From: Octopus bimaculoides
Lineage: Eukaryota
Reading direction: 5' to 3'
Assembly (NCBI RefSeq): GCF_001194135.2
Contig: NC_068985.1
Coordinates: forward strand, 38,159,578 to 38,195,313
DNA length: 35,736 nucleotides
Positions within the stretch are counted from its first letter, which is position 1. Each line of letters begins with the position of its first letter. Positions 35,194 through 35,736 of the stretch are shown piece after piece. A program made the position numbers and the translations under genes. The notes under the pieces were generated by a model. The model searched no databases. It worked only from the letters and a program-made list of their open reading frames with translations, and was not told the DNA's origin.

Positions 35194-35736
35194 GTTAAGG
35201 TTATCTCTACAGATTTTCTATAGAAATTATTGCTAGCACTGATTTTGTTACGACGTTTCGTATCCAAAACGCCTCATGGATATTGCAGAAAAAATAGCGA
35301 TCGTTCATTAGAAACGAAGGGTTCCAAACTGTTCAATGAAGCGCAGAACTAAACGCTTTAAAGAAAATGCAGAGAAGAGTTTTCATAATTAATGCCATTG
35401 ACTACTCAACGAAGAAGAGTTCAGATTATATTCCAAACCATAACAAATCGAAAGAACAGCAAGTATGAACAGTCTCATTACGATATTGCTTCGGTTGTTC
35501 AATGGGAAAGTAAGCACCGAGCGAAACGAAGAGAAGAAATGGGATGTACAAGTTGTAAAGTGTTACAAATAATGAAGACATGAATGCTTGTGTCATTTTA
35601 ATATCCTGTGTAATCAGGATATAATGTACATGTACAAAAAACGAAAAGAGAAGGAGCTACATTTTCACATGTTGGGAAACAAACAAAATTATTATAAGTA
35701 CATATATCTCGGAAGAGAGCATATCGAAATAGAAAA

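Noticed and set aside
35245-35290. Second minus-strand GAAACGTC with upstream CCATGAG
   Set aside because: Core strand incomplete, and stems I and II do not form.
56-35583. Most ORFs in the six-frame track (poly-IY, VC, ER, N, T, V, M, H runs and X-filled ORFs)
   Set aside because: They are translations of microsatellites, SINEs or N-gaps. Only 29977-30303 overlaps a real exon, and its ATG and stop lie in intron.
35392-35600. Cys-containing ORF end (KRREEMGCTSCKV) resembling a piggyBac Cys-rich tail
   Set aside because: Too few conserved residues and no TIR or TTAA seen; needs tBLASTx.
30266-35736. Search for the next (Ig7 or transmembrane) exon
   Set aside because: No AG-bounded phase-1 frame with Ig motifs found; candidates near 32116 and 31240 hit stops or lack acceptors.
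1-35736. CRISPR arrays, operons or other prokaryotic systems
   Set aside because: No repeat-spacer arrays; spliceosomal introns and SINEs show this is animal nuclear DNA.

Overview
AT-rich, microsatellite-dense animal genomic DNA with nine N-gaps. The repeat landscape resembles a coleoid cephalopod, probably Octopus; this is inferred from recalled repeat motifs, not from a search. The window holds four internal + strand coding exons (7817-7983, 10676-10815, 27619-27766, 29999-30265; 722 nt spliced). They have canonical GT-AG sites and matching phases, and encode the second half of one Ig domain plus two complete Ig domains of a PTK7/Off-track-like receptor (about Ig4 C-half, Ig5, Ig6). The rest is intron, containing at least four tRNA-derived SINE families, an R4/Dong-like LINE 3' end, a mariner-derived miniature element, a U2 snRNA 5' fragment and many simple repeats. 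The most interesting item is a minus-strand element at about 34916-35193. It joins a tRNA-Thr-like Pol III head, an internal (AAT)n tract and a minimal Penelope-type hammerhead ribozyme, and ends in a T-run between degenerate direct repeats, making it a candidate ribozyme-bearing SINE. Also notable are a 248-bp near-perfect palindrome (11522-11769), a circularly permuted templated duplication (8980-9227) and inverted SINE pairs around exons. Almost all ORFs in the supplied track are microsatellite or gap artefacts.
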